Source of the DNA: Octopus vulgaris
Taxonomy: Eukaryota
Assembly: GCA_951406725.2 (NCBI GenBank)
Contig: OX597831.1
Location: 25,606,001 to 25,670,000 of the forward strand
Length of the DNA stretch: 64,000 nucleotides
Direction: 5' to 3'
Shown here: piece after piece, positions 1 through 12,171 of the stretch
Layout: each line of letters begins with the position of its first letter
How positions within the stretch are numbered: the first letter of the stretch is position 1
Notes under the pieces: model-generated
What the model was told of the DNA's origin: nothing
What the model saw: only the letters and a program-made list of their open reading frames with translations
The model's database searches: none
Program-made: the position numbers and the translations under genes

Positions 1-20
1 GTACTGAAGAACAGTTCCAA

Positions 21-300
21 TGACCCCAGGCGATGGTGGTGGTGGTGTTAGTGGCAATGATAATGGTGGTGGTGGTGGTGGTGAACCCCAGGCGATGGTG
101 GTGGTGGTGATGGTGGTGGTGGTGATGATGATGATGACAGTGATGGTGGTAGTGGTGATGGTGGTGGTGATGATGATGACAGTGATGGTGGTAGTGGTGA
201 TGGTGTTGATGATGGTGATGGTGGTGGTGGTGGTGGCAGTGGTTATGACCATGATGATGATGAGGCGGAGGAGGGGGTGAGGGGTTAATGGTGGCAGTAG
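21..300. repeat. (GGT/GAT)n degenerate trinucleotide array
   Basis: Direct reading. ACCCCAGGCGATGGTGGTGGTGGTG occurs twice (23-47, 85-109). The poly-V/M ORF is a repeat artefact. Confidence 0.9.
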
Positions 301-332
301 CAGTGAGATGGAATGATTGATGTTAGGGAAAC

Positions 333-480
333 ATGATGATGATGAAGAAGAAGAAGAAGAAGAAGAAGAAGAAGAAGAAGAAGAAGAAGGCGAAGAAGAA
401 GGAGAGCAAGAAGTAGTAGTAGAAGAAGAAGAAGAAGAAGAAGAAGAAGAAGAAGAAGAAGAAGAAGAAGGAGAAGAAGA
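333..480. repeat. (GAA)n microsatellite
   Basis: Long GAA run with a few interruptions. Confidence 0.95.
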
Positions 481-777
481 TTCTGGTGATGTTAGGTAAG
501 GCTAATAATGGAAGACTTTAAATGAAGATGGTTAGATGAAGGAAGTGAAGGATGATGATGGAGACGAAGATAAACTTGGAGGAAACCTAGTGATGATATC
601 TAGGTGGGTGGGAGGAGAAGAAGGATTGATGATGTCAGTGGGGGAAATGATGATAATTAAGTGGGGATGATGCTTATAGATAATAATGGAAAAACAGGGA
701 TGCTGGTGATGATGATTATAATGTGGGTTAGAAAGAGCAGGAGGAAGATGCCGGCGGTGGGGATGTCTACAAACCTG

Positions 778-1155
778 CCCTACTGCTACTACCACTACCG
801 CTACTATTACAACTAATACCGCTTCTACTACAACCACCACCACCACCACAACCACCACTACTACTAATACTAATACTACGATCACTACTACAACCACCCC
901 CACCACCACTACTATTACTACAACTACCACCACTACTACTAGTACAACCACCACCAATACTGCTACAACCACCTCTACAGTCACCTCTACAAACACCAGT
1001 ACAACCACCACTACAACCACCACCACTGCTACTACTACAACCACCACTACAGCCACCACCACCACTACTACTAGTACTACAACCACCAATACAGTTACCA
1101 CTATAACCACCACTACTACAATCATCATCACCACCACAACTACTACTATAACTAT
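778..1155. repeat. (ACN)n degenerate trinucleotide low-complexity tract
   Basis: ACC/ACT/ACA triplets. Reads poly-Thr on + but no convincing splice or start context. Confidence 0.8.
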
Positions 1156-1239
1156 CTGAAATACTCAGGCTGACCATCAGTGCCATGTGAATTCTCGTCA
1201 ATGTTACATTACTTAATTTAGATCAACCAATGAGAAGGC

Positions 1240-1395
1240 ACACCTGAGAGTGTTACAGAGGGTCGTATTGGTTGATTTAGCAATAGGTCAATTATGTCTG
1301 AAAAGGAGAAGAAATAAAAAGGTTGGTCATGGCTGGAATGTCTTTGATAAACTGGTTTGCTCAGTCAAGGTTGACCCAGGGCTAAACTACAAGAA
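1240..1395 (+). mobile_element. Old SINE-like family E, 3' part
   Basis: GGTCATGGCTGGAATG...GTTGACCCAGGGCTAAAC motif. Recurs at about 2310-2460, 14100-14225, 19300-19580, 24050-24530, 27100-27305, 41815-41895, 52730-52845 and 57400-57570 (+), and at 49215-49330 and 59010-59170 (-), often with a (CAA)n tail. Confidence 0.65.
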
Positions 1396-1519
1396 CTCAT
1401 TCATTTATACTTGCTACAATATGGAAATATCTTTTGTCTTTCATTTGTTTTGATCATTAGAGTGCAACCATGCTGGGGCACCACTTTAGGGATTTTTAGT
1501 TGAAGAATCAACCTTAGGC

Positions 1520-1788
1520 CTGTCCTTTACAGGTACCAGTACCACATAAAATGCGCTCATGCCAATGCTGCATTTATGCACCCACACTGGTGCCACATCA
1601 AATGCACCCAGCATGCTCTGTAAAGTGGTGGGTGTTTGGAAGGGCATCCAGCCATAAAAACCATGCCATAACAGACAATTGGAGTCTGGACAACTCCTTG
1701 GCGGGCCAGCTCTTGTCAAACCGTCCAACCCATGCTAGCATGGAAAAATGGACATTTAACGATGATGATGATTTTGATGATGATGATG
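1520..1788 (+). mobile_element. Family C non-autonomous retroelement, (GAT)n tail, nested in an old family-A-related SINE (1430-1520 and 1790-1905, -)
   Basis: GGAAGGGCATCCAGCC...CCGTCCAACCCATGCTAGCATGGAAAA...TTAACGATGATGAT. The flanks join up into a family A 3' half. Confidence 0.8.
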
Positions 1789-1914
1789 CACTTATTCTAT
1801 CAGTCACTCTTTTGCTGAACCACTAAGTTATGTGGATGTAAACTAACCAACACTGATTATCAAGCAGTGGTTGGGGACAAGTACAAAGACATGCATAAAT
1901 ATATATGTGGAGAA

Positions 1915-2052
1915 GTCGGCATTAGGAAGGGCATCCAGCAATAGAAACCATGCCAAACCAGACTGGAATTTGGTGCAGCTTTCTGGATTACCAGTTCCAG
2001 TCAAACCGTTTAGCCCATGCCAGCAAGGAAAATGGATGCTAAATGATGATGA
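1915..2052 (+). mobile_element. Family C fragment
   Basis: GGCATTAGGAAGGGCATCCAGC...CCCATGCCAGCA...AAATGATGAT. Confidence 0.75.
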
Positions 2053-2247
2053 GGATATATATATATATATATGTGATGATATGATGGATTCTCTTGAAGT
2101 GAGCAACAAAGGAGAGTTCATTAAAATAAAGCAGTAATCATGTTCTATAGAACAAATGTGTTTCTTGACACCTACTGGTGCCTTGCAGAGTTTAAAGAGG
2201 TAGACTGCACACCACAAGGCATTCTATTCCACACTGTAAGAGCATTA

Positions 2248-2305
2248 CCAACTGGTCACCTTAATCCAACTGGTCCCCTTAATCCAATTGGCCACCTTAA
2301 TCCAA
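2248..2305. repeat. 18-bp minisatellite x3
   Basis: CCAACTGGTCACCTTAAT with variants, three times. Confidence 0.85.
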
Positions 2306-2459
2306 CCTTAACGTCTTGAGAAAAGATACACTGGGTAAATGTAGTCCAGGGTATACTAAAAAACAGACTGGATGATCATGGCTGGAATGCTTTTGATCAT
2401 AGGTTTGTTGAATCAGGACCAGCTTGGTGGTTAAACCATGACAACAACAGAAGTAACAA

Positions 2460-2690
2460 CAGCAAGCTGGTAGAAGTGTTAGCATATTGGGCAAAATACT
2501 TAGAAGTATTTTGTCCATTTCCTCATTTTGAGTTCAAATTCTACTGAGGTTGTCTTTACCTTTCGTCCTTTTTTTTTTGGAGGGGGGGTCAATAAAATAA
2601 GTACCAGCTGTGTACTGGGGGTCAATGTAATCAACTTACCTTCTTCCCCAACATTGCTCTACTTGTGCCTAAATATGAAATCAATATTAC
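2460..2690 (+). mobile_element. Old family B SINE copy
   Basis: Degenerate tRNA-like head, GAGTTCAAATTC B-box, GGGGTCAATAAAATAAGTACCAG core. Confidence 0.7.
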
Positions 2691-4119
2691 TATCTGTAAG
2701 TAACACCCACCATATTAAAACACAATAACAATAATAACCATACAGAGATAGAAACTATTTTATGACCAATTATATTTCTAAATGACAGCCACAAGATGTA
2801 ATCATACAAAATTTTCAATGACTTAATAATTGTGGATTTTCCTCCTTTTTTTAATTTATTATTTTCTAATAATTAAACAGTTATTAAATTTTCCTGTTAT
2901 AAATATTTCTGCAGCTTAAATTTTTTTCCATTTTCTATTTTTTATTTTATTTAATTTTTTTTTTTTTCCTTTTTGTTCTGTTTCATTATTTTTTTTTCTT
3001 CTTCTTCTTCGTCTTCTTCTTTTAGCAATTTCCAAATTTCTCAACATAATGTGTTTTGAAACATTTAAAAGATAATTTTTTTTTCTTTTCCAGCTGTATT
3101 TCTTTATCTTATTCTTTTTATTTTTTTCATTTCTTTTTTTTTTTTTAGAATGATTTTTTTTATTATATTCTCATATTTGTTAGCTGTCATCGACTGTTAA
3201 AATACAAAATGAGTGTGTCTGTATAGGCATGAGCATATGTATGTGTGTGTGTATGTAGTGTGTGAATAAACATATATAGGCTTCTATGCAAGTGTGCATA
3301 TTTATGTGTGTGTGTGTGTGTCTGTGTATATGTGCGTGTGCATGTTTGTATATGCGTATGTGTGTGTATTTGCGTGAATGTTCATGATGTTGTTAAAATC
3401 TCTCATTCACATAATAATTTAGCTTTACTTCTGTGGGTGTATATGGGATGTCTATGTCATATCGAGGGTTCCGTATGTATGTAGGTATTTATGTGTATAT
3501 GCATAAATACACAAACATTTATATGTGTGTGCGTATATATATATATATATATATACATAAACATACACACATGCATAAATATACACACGCATATACATAT
3601 GTGCATTTTATACATTTGTGTACTCTATGTATATCTTTGTGTGTGTGTATGTATATATATATATACATACATACATTTATAAAGTTACCTGTAGAAGTAT
3701 ATATATAAAATCTGTGTGTGTGTGTGTACATTTGTGCATTCATGTTATTTAACTATTTACTTGTAACATCAATACTCTGCAGATGTAACTTGTATACATT
3801 CAAATTTATATAGACGTACATACACACATATACACACCAATATATCACCTGTATGTGTAATATATTGTTTGATTAGGTTAGGCTACAGCTAAGGCAATAA
3901 ACAATAACCCAAGATGTCTATTATTGTAGACATTAATGTAGAAGTGTGGTGGTGAGGGGAAAAATTGATAATAATTTTTGTGAAATTATTAGAGGTACTA
4001 GACTTGCTAGAGCACCAGAGATAATGTTGTTTTCCTGTATATTCTACGTTCAAATTATTCTAGTGTCTACTTTGCCTCTTATTCTTGAGGGTTAATAAAG
4101 TAATATTCTGTCCAGTATA

Positions 4120-4292
4120 GGTGTAGGTGTGGCTGTGTGGTAAGAGATTTGCTTCCCAGCCATGTGATATGATTCTGAATGCAGTACCACTGGATGACAC
4201 CTTGGGCAGGAGTCTTCTACCATAGCCTCAGGCCGACTAAAGCTTTGTGAGTGGATTTGATAGATGGAAACTGAAAGAAGCCTGTTGTATAT
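4120..4292 (+). mobile_element. Family A tRNA-derived SINE, 5' half
   Basis: GTGGCTGTGTGGTAAG A-box and CACCTTGGGCA CORE-like motif. Ends at the internal (TA)n. Confidence 0.8.
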
Positions 4293-4299
4293 AGATATT

Positions 4300-4485
4300 T
4301 CTATTATATAAAATTCATTCTGTCTGCTGTCTGTGTGCGTGTGTCTTCTAGGATCTCAGGCATCCTCCATCCGATTGCGCTCAAATTTGATATGTAGATA
4401 CCGACGGTATCAGGGCGGGTATAAGTCTTGAAAAAATTACAAAAATCGATTCCAGGTGAGAATGCAATCGATAAAGCATTCTTTG
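4300..4485 (+). mobile_element. Helitron-like non-autonomous element, 5' portion
   Basis: Starts TCTATTATATAAA, then a TCTG-type tract and CATCCGATTGCGCTCAAATTTG, as in invertebrate Helitron-N 5' ends. No 3' hairpin or CTAG end seen. Confidence 0.5.
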
Positions 4486-4546
4486 GAATAGAAAAAAAAT
4501 CTATCTTTATTTCTTCTTTTGCTGGTGTCTCAAATTTAGGTTAAAT

Positions 4547-4657
4547 CAGTGTTTCTCAAAGGGGAGGCCTATGGGACGGTCAGAGAAGTTGTTTTGAGAA
4601 AATTTGGTTTAAATGTTTGACAACTCAGCACCATCCATTGGATGGGGGGAATTTTGC

Positions 4658-4700
<43 letters not shown>

Positions 4701-4905
4701 TATATATATATGCATATATATATATGTGTATGTATACACACACACACATAAGTAATACAAATAAAAATAAAAGAAAGAATACTTAAGAGTAGTGCTGAGA
4801 TAGACTAAATCCTTTCCCAAAATTTCTGATCCCTTTTGACCAAGTTAGGAATTAAGATTTTTACAAAAAAGATTGTTTGATGCCCTAAAGTTTTGACAAC
4901 CAGTG
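4547..4905. mobile_element. Degenerate hAT (Charlie-like) MITE
   Basis: CAGTGTTTCTCAAA ... GTTTTGACAACCAGTG imperfect TIRs. TSD not convincing. Confidence 0.4.
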
Positions 4906-5221
4906 GCTGACTTGGTAGAAGCCCTCAAGATTATTCACCATCTTCCTAACCATAACTTTGGTTATCGTTCTCAATTCACTACCTTTTCCACTCATGGAAA
5001 TGTTTATAAAATACAAGAACACAGCACAGCATCCATAACTTTTAGAAACATTTTTTTCGCATGCAAAATTGTTCAAGCATAAAATAAACTACATTTTCAT
5101 GGTTAACTCTCAGAAAACTGCATTCTTCAAAAATTCCATGGTCCATGTAAGACACCAGCACTACTCCTGTTTTAGCCCTTTACTATTCAATTTTGTCTGT
5201 TTGTGTTTCATTCTATCTTCT

Positions 5222-5647
5222 CTCTCTTTACTCTTTTACTCTTTTACTTGTTTCAGTCATTTGACTGCGACCATGCTGGAGCACTGCCTTTTTTAGTCAA
5301 GCAAATCGACCCCGGGACTTATTCTTTGTAAGCCCAGTACTTATTCTATCGGTTCTCTTTTGCCGAACAGCTAAGTGACGGGGATGTAAACACACCAGCA
5401 TCGGTTGTCAAGCAATGCTAGGGGGACAAACACAGACACACAAACACATACACACACATAAATATATATATATATACATATATACGACAGGCTTCTTTCA
5501 GTTTCCGTCTACCAAATCCACTCACAAGGCATTGGTCGGCCCGGGTCTATAGCAGAAGACACTTGCCCAAGATGCCATGCAGTGGGAATGAACCCGGAAC
5601 CATGTGGTTGGTTAGCAAGCTACTTACCACACATCCACTCCTGCGCC
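5222..5647 (-). mobile_element. Family A SINE, full length
   Basis: On -: head GGCGCAGGAGTGG, CORE-like motif, internal (TA)/(TG)n, tail GACTGAAACAAGTAAAAGAGT. Confidence 0.9.
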
Positions 5648-5974
5648 TTCTGTGTCTATATATTGCTGGTTCTTAACCATTTTCTTTTTTGTAGCACCCC
5701 CACCCTGCCATCTTTTAAGTAGCTGTTATACCCAGAACCCATCTTAGTGGCAAGTAAAGTATAATGACTTAACTAGCTTAACATGGATAATTTATAAATT
5801 TTACTCTAAAAATGGATTCTATTAGCTTCTAACAGTGAAATGGTAAAAAATTAATGAAGACAAAAGCTGTAAATTTACTTTAAATATTGCAAATTAATGA
5901 CTTCTCTCTGCTTGATGAGGCCTCATTTTATTTTAATAACCATTACTAGTTTTATCGTGTGTAATATAATTACT

Positions 5975-6290
5975 GTGGAGGTGCAATGGCTCAGCGGTTA
6001 GGGCAGCAGACTCACAGTTGGAGGATCGCGGTTTCAATTTCCAGACCGGGCGTTGTTTGTGTTTATTGAGTGAAAACAACCTCAAAGCTCCACGAGACTC
6101 CGGCAGAGGGTGGTGATGACCTCTGTTGTACTCTTTTGCCACAACTTTCTCTCACTCTCTCTTCTGGTTTCTTGAGTAACGCTGCGATGGACTGGTGTCC
6201 CGTCCAGCTGGGGGAACACATACACCACAGAAACCGGCAAACCAGGCCCATGAGCCTGGCTAGGCTTGAAAAGGGCGCACAAAAAAAAAT
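5975..6290 (+). mobile_element. Family D tRNA-derived SINE (middle 1 + tail 1)
   Basis: TGGCTCAGCGGTTAG A-box, GGTTTCAATTTCC B-box, A-tail. Homologous to 18548-18855 (-). Confidence 0.8.
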
Positions 6291-6566
6291 AATAATTACT
6301 ACAATAAGCAAAGTTTTCTATGTTAATTATGTTACCTCACTGCTCCCCCTCCACCTCCTAAAGCTTAACTCATCCTTTGACATGCACAGCACTCCTCAGG
6401 GGTGGTACTGCCCTGCCCATACTGTTGGCATTTGTTGCTGTTTTTCTTTACTTGACTTACATATTTTCTCTCTGTCCTTTCTTTCAACCTTTTACGACAA
6501 GTTGTAATGCATCTGGGTACCATATACAACAAGCTCATTATATTTATTATAATTTTCATGGTTATG

Positions 6567-6812
6567 AAGGTAGTGATCTGGTAGAAACGTTAGCATGCTG
6601 GGCGAAATGCTTAGCGGTATTTCATCTGTCTTTACATTCTGAGTTCAAATACATATATACAATGAGCTTCTTTCAGCTTCCGTCTACCAAATCCACTCAC
6701 AAGGCTTTGGCCGGCCCGAAGCTATAGTAGAAGACTCTTGCCCAAGGTGCCCTGCAGTGGGACTGAACCCAGAACCATGTGGTTGGTAAGCAAGCTACTT
6801 ACCACACAGCCT
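6567..6812. mobile_element. Fused family B head (+, 6567-6650) and family A 5' half (-, 6651-6812)
   Basis: The B head ends at GAGTTCAAAT and directly abuts the (TA) region of an inverted A copy. Confidence 0.75.
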
Positions 6813-6992
6813 CTTTTACTAAAGTTCTGTTACTTTCTGGGTTTCTTGACAACAATTCTTAAAGTAATTAATTTCATACATGGAAGATTCCAATTCTACT
6901 GACACCAGGGTTTATTTTATCTTTTACCCATCTCATAGTTTAATAAAATAAACAGCTCACAATAATTTGTATCTCACCTTCAAACAGCAGCA

Positions 6993-7192
6993 AGAGCAGC
7001 CGTCCAAGAATTTGGATCTGGAGATCTCCATTTCCAGCTACCTCCCAGTGGTGTTGGGCATCAACGAAGAGCCCTAGACTACAAGACGACCAAATCTTTT
7101 TTTTTTTCCAAGGTCTGGGGTCTCCCACTTCTAAGCTCTAGTCCATCACCTAATCACCCTTACCCCTCTTGTTGCTTAACAGCAACAACAAC
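6993..7192 (+). mobile_element. Family G ~200-bp retroelement, (AAC)n tail
   Basis: Homologous along its length to 14857-15060. Possible TSD AACAGCAGCA. Confidence 0.75.
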
Positions 7193-8607
7193 AACAGCAG
7201 CAGTAGCTTTTTGATGCTTTGCTGGTGTGGACTCAAGGTAGATATTTGTCATATAAGTGATGTTAGTGTTACATCTGAACAAAGTCTTTATGAAAAAGAA
7301 GTCAATGGCTTTTAAACAGTTACTGTATGGAGTATTTAAAAGCTAACTTGAAATACATTTACAGTGAAAAAAAACTACTAGTGGAGGTATAACAGCTGTA
7401 TTTTCATTTTTGCAGCAAGCACTGTTTCTACCTTCTGTCCTTTTGAGCTTATAAGAAAAGTATGGCTTCTTCCATAGCTTGCTTAATTACACAGAACAAT
7501 ACAAATCACTGAGACAAACACAGAAATGTAAAGGAGAAAAATAGAATTGTTTATAAATTTAACAATTTAGAGATGCACTTTGTATAAGAAGCAATAAATC
7601 AGTGGACATTTGTATATTCAATTCACAGAATATTAAAAATATAATAAAACTAGAAATAAACAGGTGATGAGAAAAATAAATGATATCATAAAAATGAACA
7701 TAGATTAAACTAGATATGTTGCAAAGAGATAAGAAGAAGAAGTGTGTAATAAAGATTTCAGACTTCTTCAACATTAAATTTAGAGGAATGGCTATCTTGT
7801 GAAATTTATTGTAGAGATTATAGATCTGTGTGACCTACATTATTCTTAAAACTGAATTTGTGTAGGTCATGAATTTGTAATGATGGTAATTTAAACAGAT
7901 ATTGTTCATATATTTTCTTTTTATAGCTTAATGAGAGGAAGAAGGGGCAACACTTGTGACATTTGTGCTTTTATGCATTTCAGCTTAAAAGCTATGGCCA
8001 TGCTGGAGCACTGTTTCTCCTAAACTGGTGGTAAAAGGGAGAAAGGAACCTAATACTTCGGCCAAATGTTTGTAGCAAAGAAGGCTCCATTTAAAGTAGC
8101 CAAGGAGGATTTTTTGGGGTTTTGTCACAGACTTGGAAAGTTTAAAATTAAGTGAAAAGTTTCAAACTAGGTATAGTGATGTGATTTTTGAAACTGGATC
8201 CAAACGAGGGGTTCGTTTATTCCCAGAAAATTTCTGAAAAATGTTACAAAGGTTCAAATCTTTATAAGTTTTAGTCCAATCAGAAACCAAGAATTTGAAG
8301 GTGGCCTTTTCTATGGTACAACTGTCTGTCACAAAATGACAAACATAAATAACAGAGGCACAAAACGATGGTGGTGAAAGTGTCAGACTGCAGCTTTGCT
8401 TGTTCCTATAGAAACAGATACCAAAGTGATATTTGTAGTCATGTGCATAATGGTAGCTTTCAATTGGCTAAATTAACTCTAATTTGCAAACTTTAAAAGT
8501 TATTAACATTTTACTTTTAATTTATAGCGAATGCAAAATTGGCATACAAAACTAAACCTGTATACTGAATTTGAAAACAGTTGAAGCAACATCAAAAACA
8601 TACATAA

Positions 8608-9037
8608 GCGCAGGAGTGACTGTATGGTAAGTAGCTTGCTTACCAACCAAATGGTTCTGGGTTCAGTCCCACTGCGTGGCACCTTGGATAAGTGTCTTCT
8701 ACTATAGCCTTGGGCCAACCAAAGCCTTGTGAGTGGATTCGGTAGACGAAAACTGAAAGAAGCCCGTCGTATATATGTATATATATGTGTGTGTGTGTGT
8801 GTATGTATGTAAGTATGTGTATATGTTTGTGTGTCTGTGTTTGTTCCCCCAACATCGCTTGACAATCAATGCTGGTGTGTTTATGTCCCAGTAACTTAGC
8901 GGTTCAGCAAAAGAGACTGATAGATTAAGTACTAGGCTTACAAAGAATAAGTCCTGGGGGTCGACTTGCTCAGCTAAAGGCAGTGGTCCAGCGTGGCCAC
9001 AGTCAAATGACTGAAACAAGTAAAAGAGTAAAGAGTA
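8608..9037 (+). mobile_element. Family A SINE, full length
   Basis: Head, internal microsatellite and tail all present. Confidence 0.9.
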
Positions 9038-9477
9038 ATACATCTGTAACCTGTTACTAGAGCTTAACAGTGATGCCATTATTTTTCAGTAACACTGCAT
9101 GCTGTTTAATTACAAGGAAATGTAATTTGTTTGCATTTTTAACAATATTTCATAATTAAAAATTTAAATATCCTCAAAAACCATGGCAAAGAAACAGAAT
9201 AAAATATTTTTTCAAATTATTAAAGTGATGCATACAGCAGTTGAGTAAAGATTTTGATGAACCACAAGTGGCACATGAAGAGGTTAACAACTTAAAGTTC
9301 CTTTCCCTGTTGTGTGCCACCACCTTGCTTTGGAATGACTACAGTAGAGTCCACTCTGTTGCAAGTATTTAAAGCAAATACCATTTTGGAGGATTACTTT
9401 CTCTCTATTTTTCCACTTGTACTCTTTTACTTGTTTCAACTGTGGTCAACTGTGGAGCACGTGTATTTATTTTTCTT

Positions 9478-9802
9478 GGCACTCCATTGCTTGTGACAAT
9501 GAGGGTTTCAGCTGACCCAATCTATGAAACAGCCGGCCCATGAAATTGACATGCACTTCACAGATATGCTGAGCACTCCACAAGCACGTGTACCCTTAAC
9601 GTAGTTCTCTGGGAGATTCAGTGTGACACAGAATGTGACAAGGCTGACACTTTGAAATACAGGTATTACTCATTTTTGCCAGCTGAGTGGAGTGGAGCAA
9701 CATGAAATAAATTGCCTAACTCAAGGACATGTGCCCCTGGGAATTGAACTCATGACCTTACAATTACAAGCTGAATAACCTAACCTCTAAGCCACATGCC
9801 TT
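9478..9802 (-). mobile_element. Family D SINE (middle 2 + tail 2)
   Basis: Reverse complement aligns to 21860-22186. Confidence 0.8.
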
Positions 9803-10085
9803 CAGTGGTTTCAAAACAGGGTGGTACTGCTTTCATGGGGGCAAAGATCCAGGGGGCATTCAAGAAAAGTGGCAGGGGGTAATAGAGTGGCTAAAATTGG
9901 GGATGGATGTAAAAGGAAGAAAATAATGGTTTAATTAAATAAAGTTTTACATGTGAAATAAAGTTGTTTTGAATTTGTTGCAGAAAAAAAGGTTTCTTTA
10001 TGGTATGGAGTGTTGGGGTTGGAAGCTAGAAACGTAACCTGGGTACCAAGGGGAAACCAGCCCAAAATAGTTTTTGTAACAACTG
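9803..10085. mobile_element. hAT (Charlie-like) MITE
   Basis: CAGTGGTTTCAAAAC ... GTTTTTGTAACAACTG, followed by TTCTAGAA (NTCTAGAN-type target). Confidence 0.5.
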
Positions 10086-10102
10086 TTCTAGAACAACATT
10101 AA

Positions 10103-10323
10103 CCCTTTCGTTACTGAATTTATTTTGAGATGCTCAGTGTTTCTTCCAATTATTTTAAATATAACAAAGAATTAAGTAAAATAACATCGTTATCATTAAG
10201 CTAGAGTTAGGGATGTAAATTGTGACTAAGGTTTGATGGAAGGTTTTAATTCAGAACTTTTGAAAACCAGACATTTGTACTAAAGAGCCAGAGCCGGTTT
10301 CAGCCGGGTTGGTAACGAAAGGG
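10103..10323. mobile_element. piggyBac-type MITE family 1
   Basis: TTAA|CCCTTTCGTTAC ... GTAACGAAAGGG|TTAA: perfect 12-bp TIRs with TTAA TSD. Confidence 0.9.
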
Positions 10324-10690
10324 TTAAAAGAACATTACATAAGAAAACCCTCATTGACACTCCTGAGTAATAAAAGTCATTATGTAATGTCCCATATGTT
10401 TATTCTGAAATTATGTTTACTTAAAAAAAAATTTAATGGTGTGTAAGATATTGAAATGAGGTGGCAGACAGACAGACAGATAGATAGGTTGTCTCTTTGG
10501 GGAATAATCAGCAGCAAAGAAATTTCTGGAAAATTGTAAGATTTTAGTGATAAGTGATAAGAGACTAGGAAAGTTTTCATCAATAGAATTAGTTTCGGTA
10601 ACATAATTTCACTGATAGTGAAGTGTCTTGTTTCTGTTTGAGATAATCATTTCTCTACTGCTCTTTTTCTCTGTGTTTCTCCGCATATGA

Positions 10691-10734
<44 letters not shown>

Positions 10735-10819
10735 ACATCAACACATAGCAGTCTATATATATATTTATCTTTCTATGTGTGGGTCTTCAAAAAATATATA
10801 CTTAGGTAATGTATATATA

Positions 10820-11238
10820 GGCGCAGGAGTGGCTGTGTGGTAAGTAGCTTGCTAACCAGCCACATGGTTCCGGGTTCAGTCCCACTGCGTCGCATCTTGG
10901 GCAAGTGTCTTCTGCTATAGCCCCGGGCCGACCAATGCCTTGTGAGTGGATTTGGTAGACGGAAACTGAAAGAAGCCTGTCGTATATATGTATATATATA
11001 TATATATATAAGTGTGTGTGTATATGTTTGTGTGTCTCTGTTTGTCCCCCTAGCATTGCTTGACAACCGATGCTGGTGTGTTTACGTCCCCGTCACTTAG
11101 CGGTTCAGCAAAAGAGACCAATAGAATAAGTACTGGGTTTACAAAAGAATAAGTCCCTGGGGTCGATTTGCTCGACTAAAGGCGGTGCTCCAGCATGGCC
11201 ACAGTCAAATGACTGAAACAAGTAAAAAGAGTAAAAAA
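10820..11238 (+). mobile_element. Family A SINE, full length
   Basis: Head GGCGCAGGAGTGGCTGTGTGG through tail AAACAAGTAAAAAGAG. Confidence 0.9.
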
Positions 11239-11610
11239 GTATACTTAATGTGTGTATATAAAAGAAAGCAGAAACTGTCATTTGCAGGTGTGTATGACCA
11301 TGTAGCATATACCATGCTTCGTTAATTGCTTCAGATACTTTTGTAATCATTAGCAAACGACCTCTTGGCTCTCATATCCTTGACCCAGTAGTAGATCCAG
11401 GATATGGCACTTGGAAGGACAGAAGGATGTGCCAACACTTGGCTGCTATTCATTTTTAACTGAGTATACTGGCACAATGGAGCGACATGAAATATTAAGC
11501 CTTACTCACCAAGGTTACATGCATTGTCTGGTACAGAAACTGACCCCTTGATTTTATGGGAATGAGCTGAATACCCTAACCATTGGGTCATTCAGTTTAT
11601 ATATATGTAT

Positions 11611-11762
11611 GCTTCTCTTTTCTGGTTCTGAGAAGCCCAATTTCTCAAGACTGGTATTTATATAAGTGTGTTACATATTCCATTACCCCAATAATTACAA
11701 GTCTAAACCTGAACTTGTCATCTGGATAGAATAATTGTAGATTTTCCAATAGTTCAGCATAT
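11611..11762 (-). pseudogene. Fragment of a restriction-like-endonuclease non-LTR retrotransposon ORF, C-terminal region
   Basis: YAELLENLQLFYPDDKFRFRLVIIGVMEYV, then a frameshift, then NTSLEKLGFSEPE. Resembles the Y..L...P.+IG.+G.V region of R4-like RLE domains. Abuts (TATG)n. Confidence 0.55.
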
Positions 11763-11779
11763 GTATGTATGTATGCATG

Positions 11780-11813
<34 letters not shown>

Positions 11814-11942
11814 TGTATGTATGTATGTACGTACGTACGTATGTATGTATGTATGTATGTATGTATGTATGTATGTATGTATGTATGTATGTATGTATGT
11901 ATGTATGTATATATGTATGTATGTATGTGTGTGTGTATGTAT
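11760..11942. repeat. (TATG)n microsatellite
   Basis: Direct reading. Confidence 0.95.
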
Positions 11943-11959
11943 TTAATAGCTGAAGGATT

Positions 11960-12171
11960 AAAATTTATCAAAGGACATAGTAAGTATGTCTACCTGCTGG
12001 AAATAACAGCCAAAACTCTTATTTAAACCCCAAAAATACACTGATAATTGCTACAGAAATCAACTCTGGATTTCTGTAGTTATTATCTATGTATTTTGGT
12101 GATTTAAATAAAATGTTTTGACTGTTATTTCCAGCAGATAAACATACTTACTATGTCCTTTAATTAATTTT
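11960..12171. repeat. Long imperfect inverted repeat (~100-bp arms, 7-nt loop)
   Basis: AAAGGACATAGTAAGTATG...CTACAGAAATC aactctg GATTTCTGTAG...CATACTTACTATGTCCTTT. Confidence 0.9.

Noticed and set aside
20-1201. Poly-V, poly-E, Gly/Ser/Cys-rich and Thr-rich (mucin-like) ORFs
   Set aside because: Translations of trinucleotide repeats. No unique domain or convincing exon boundaries.
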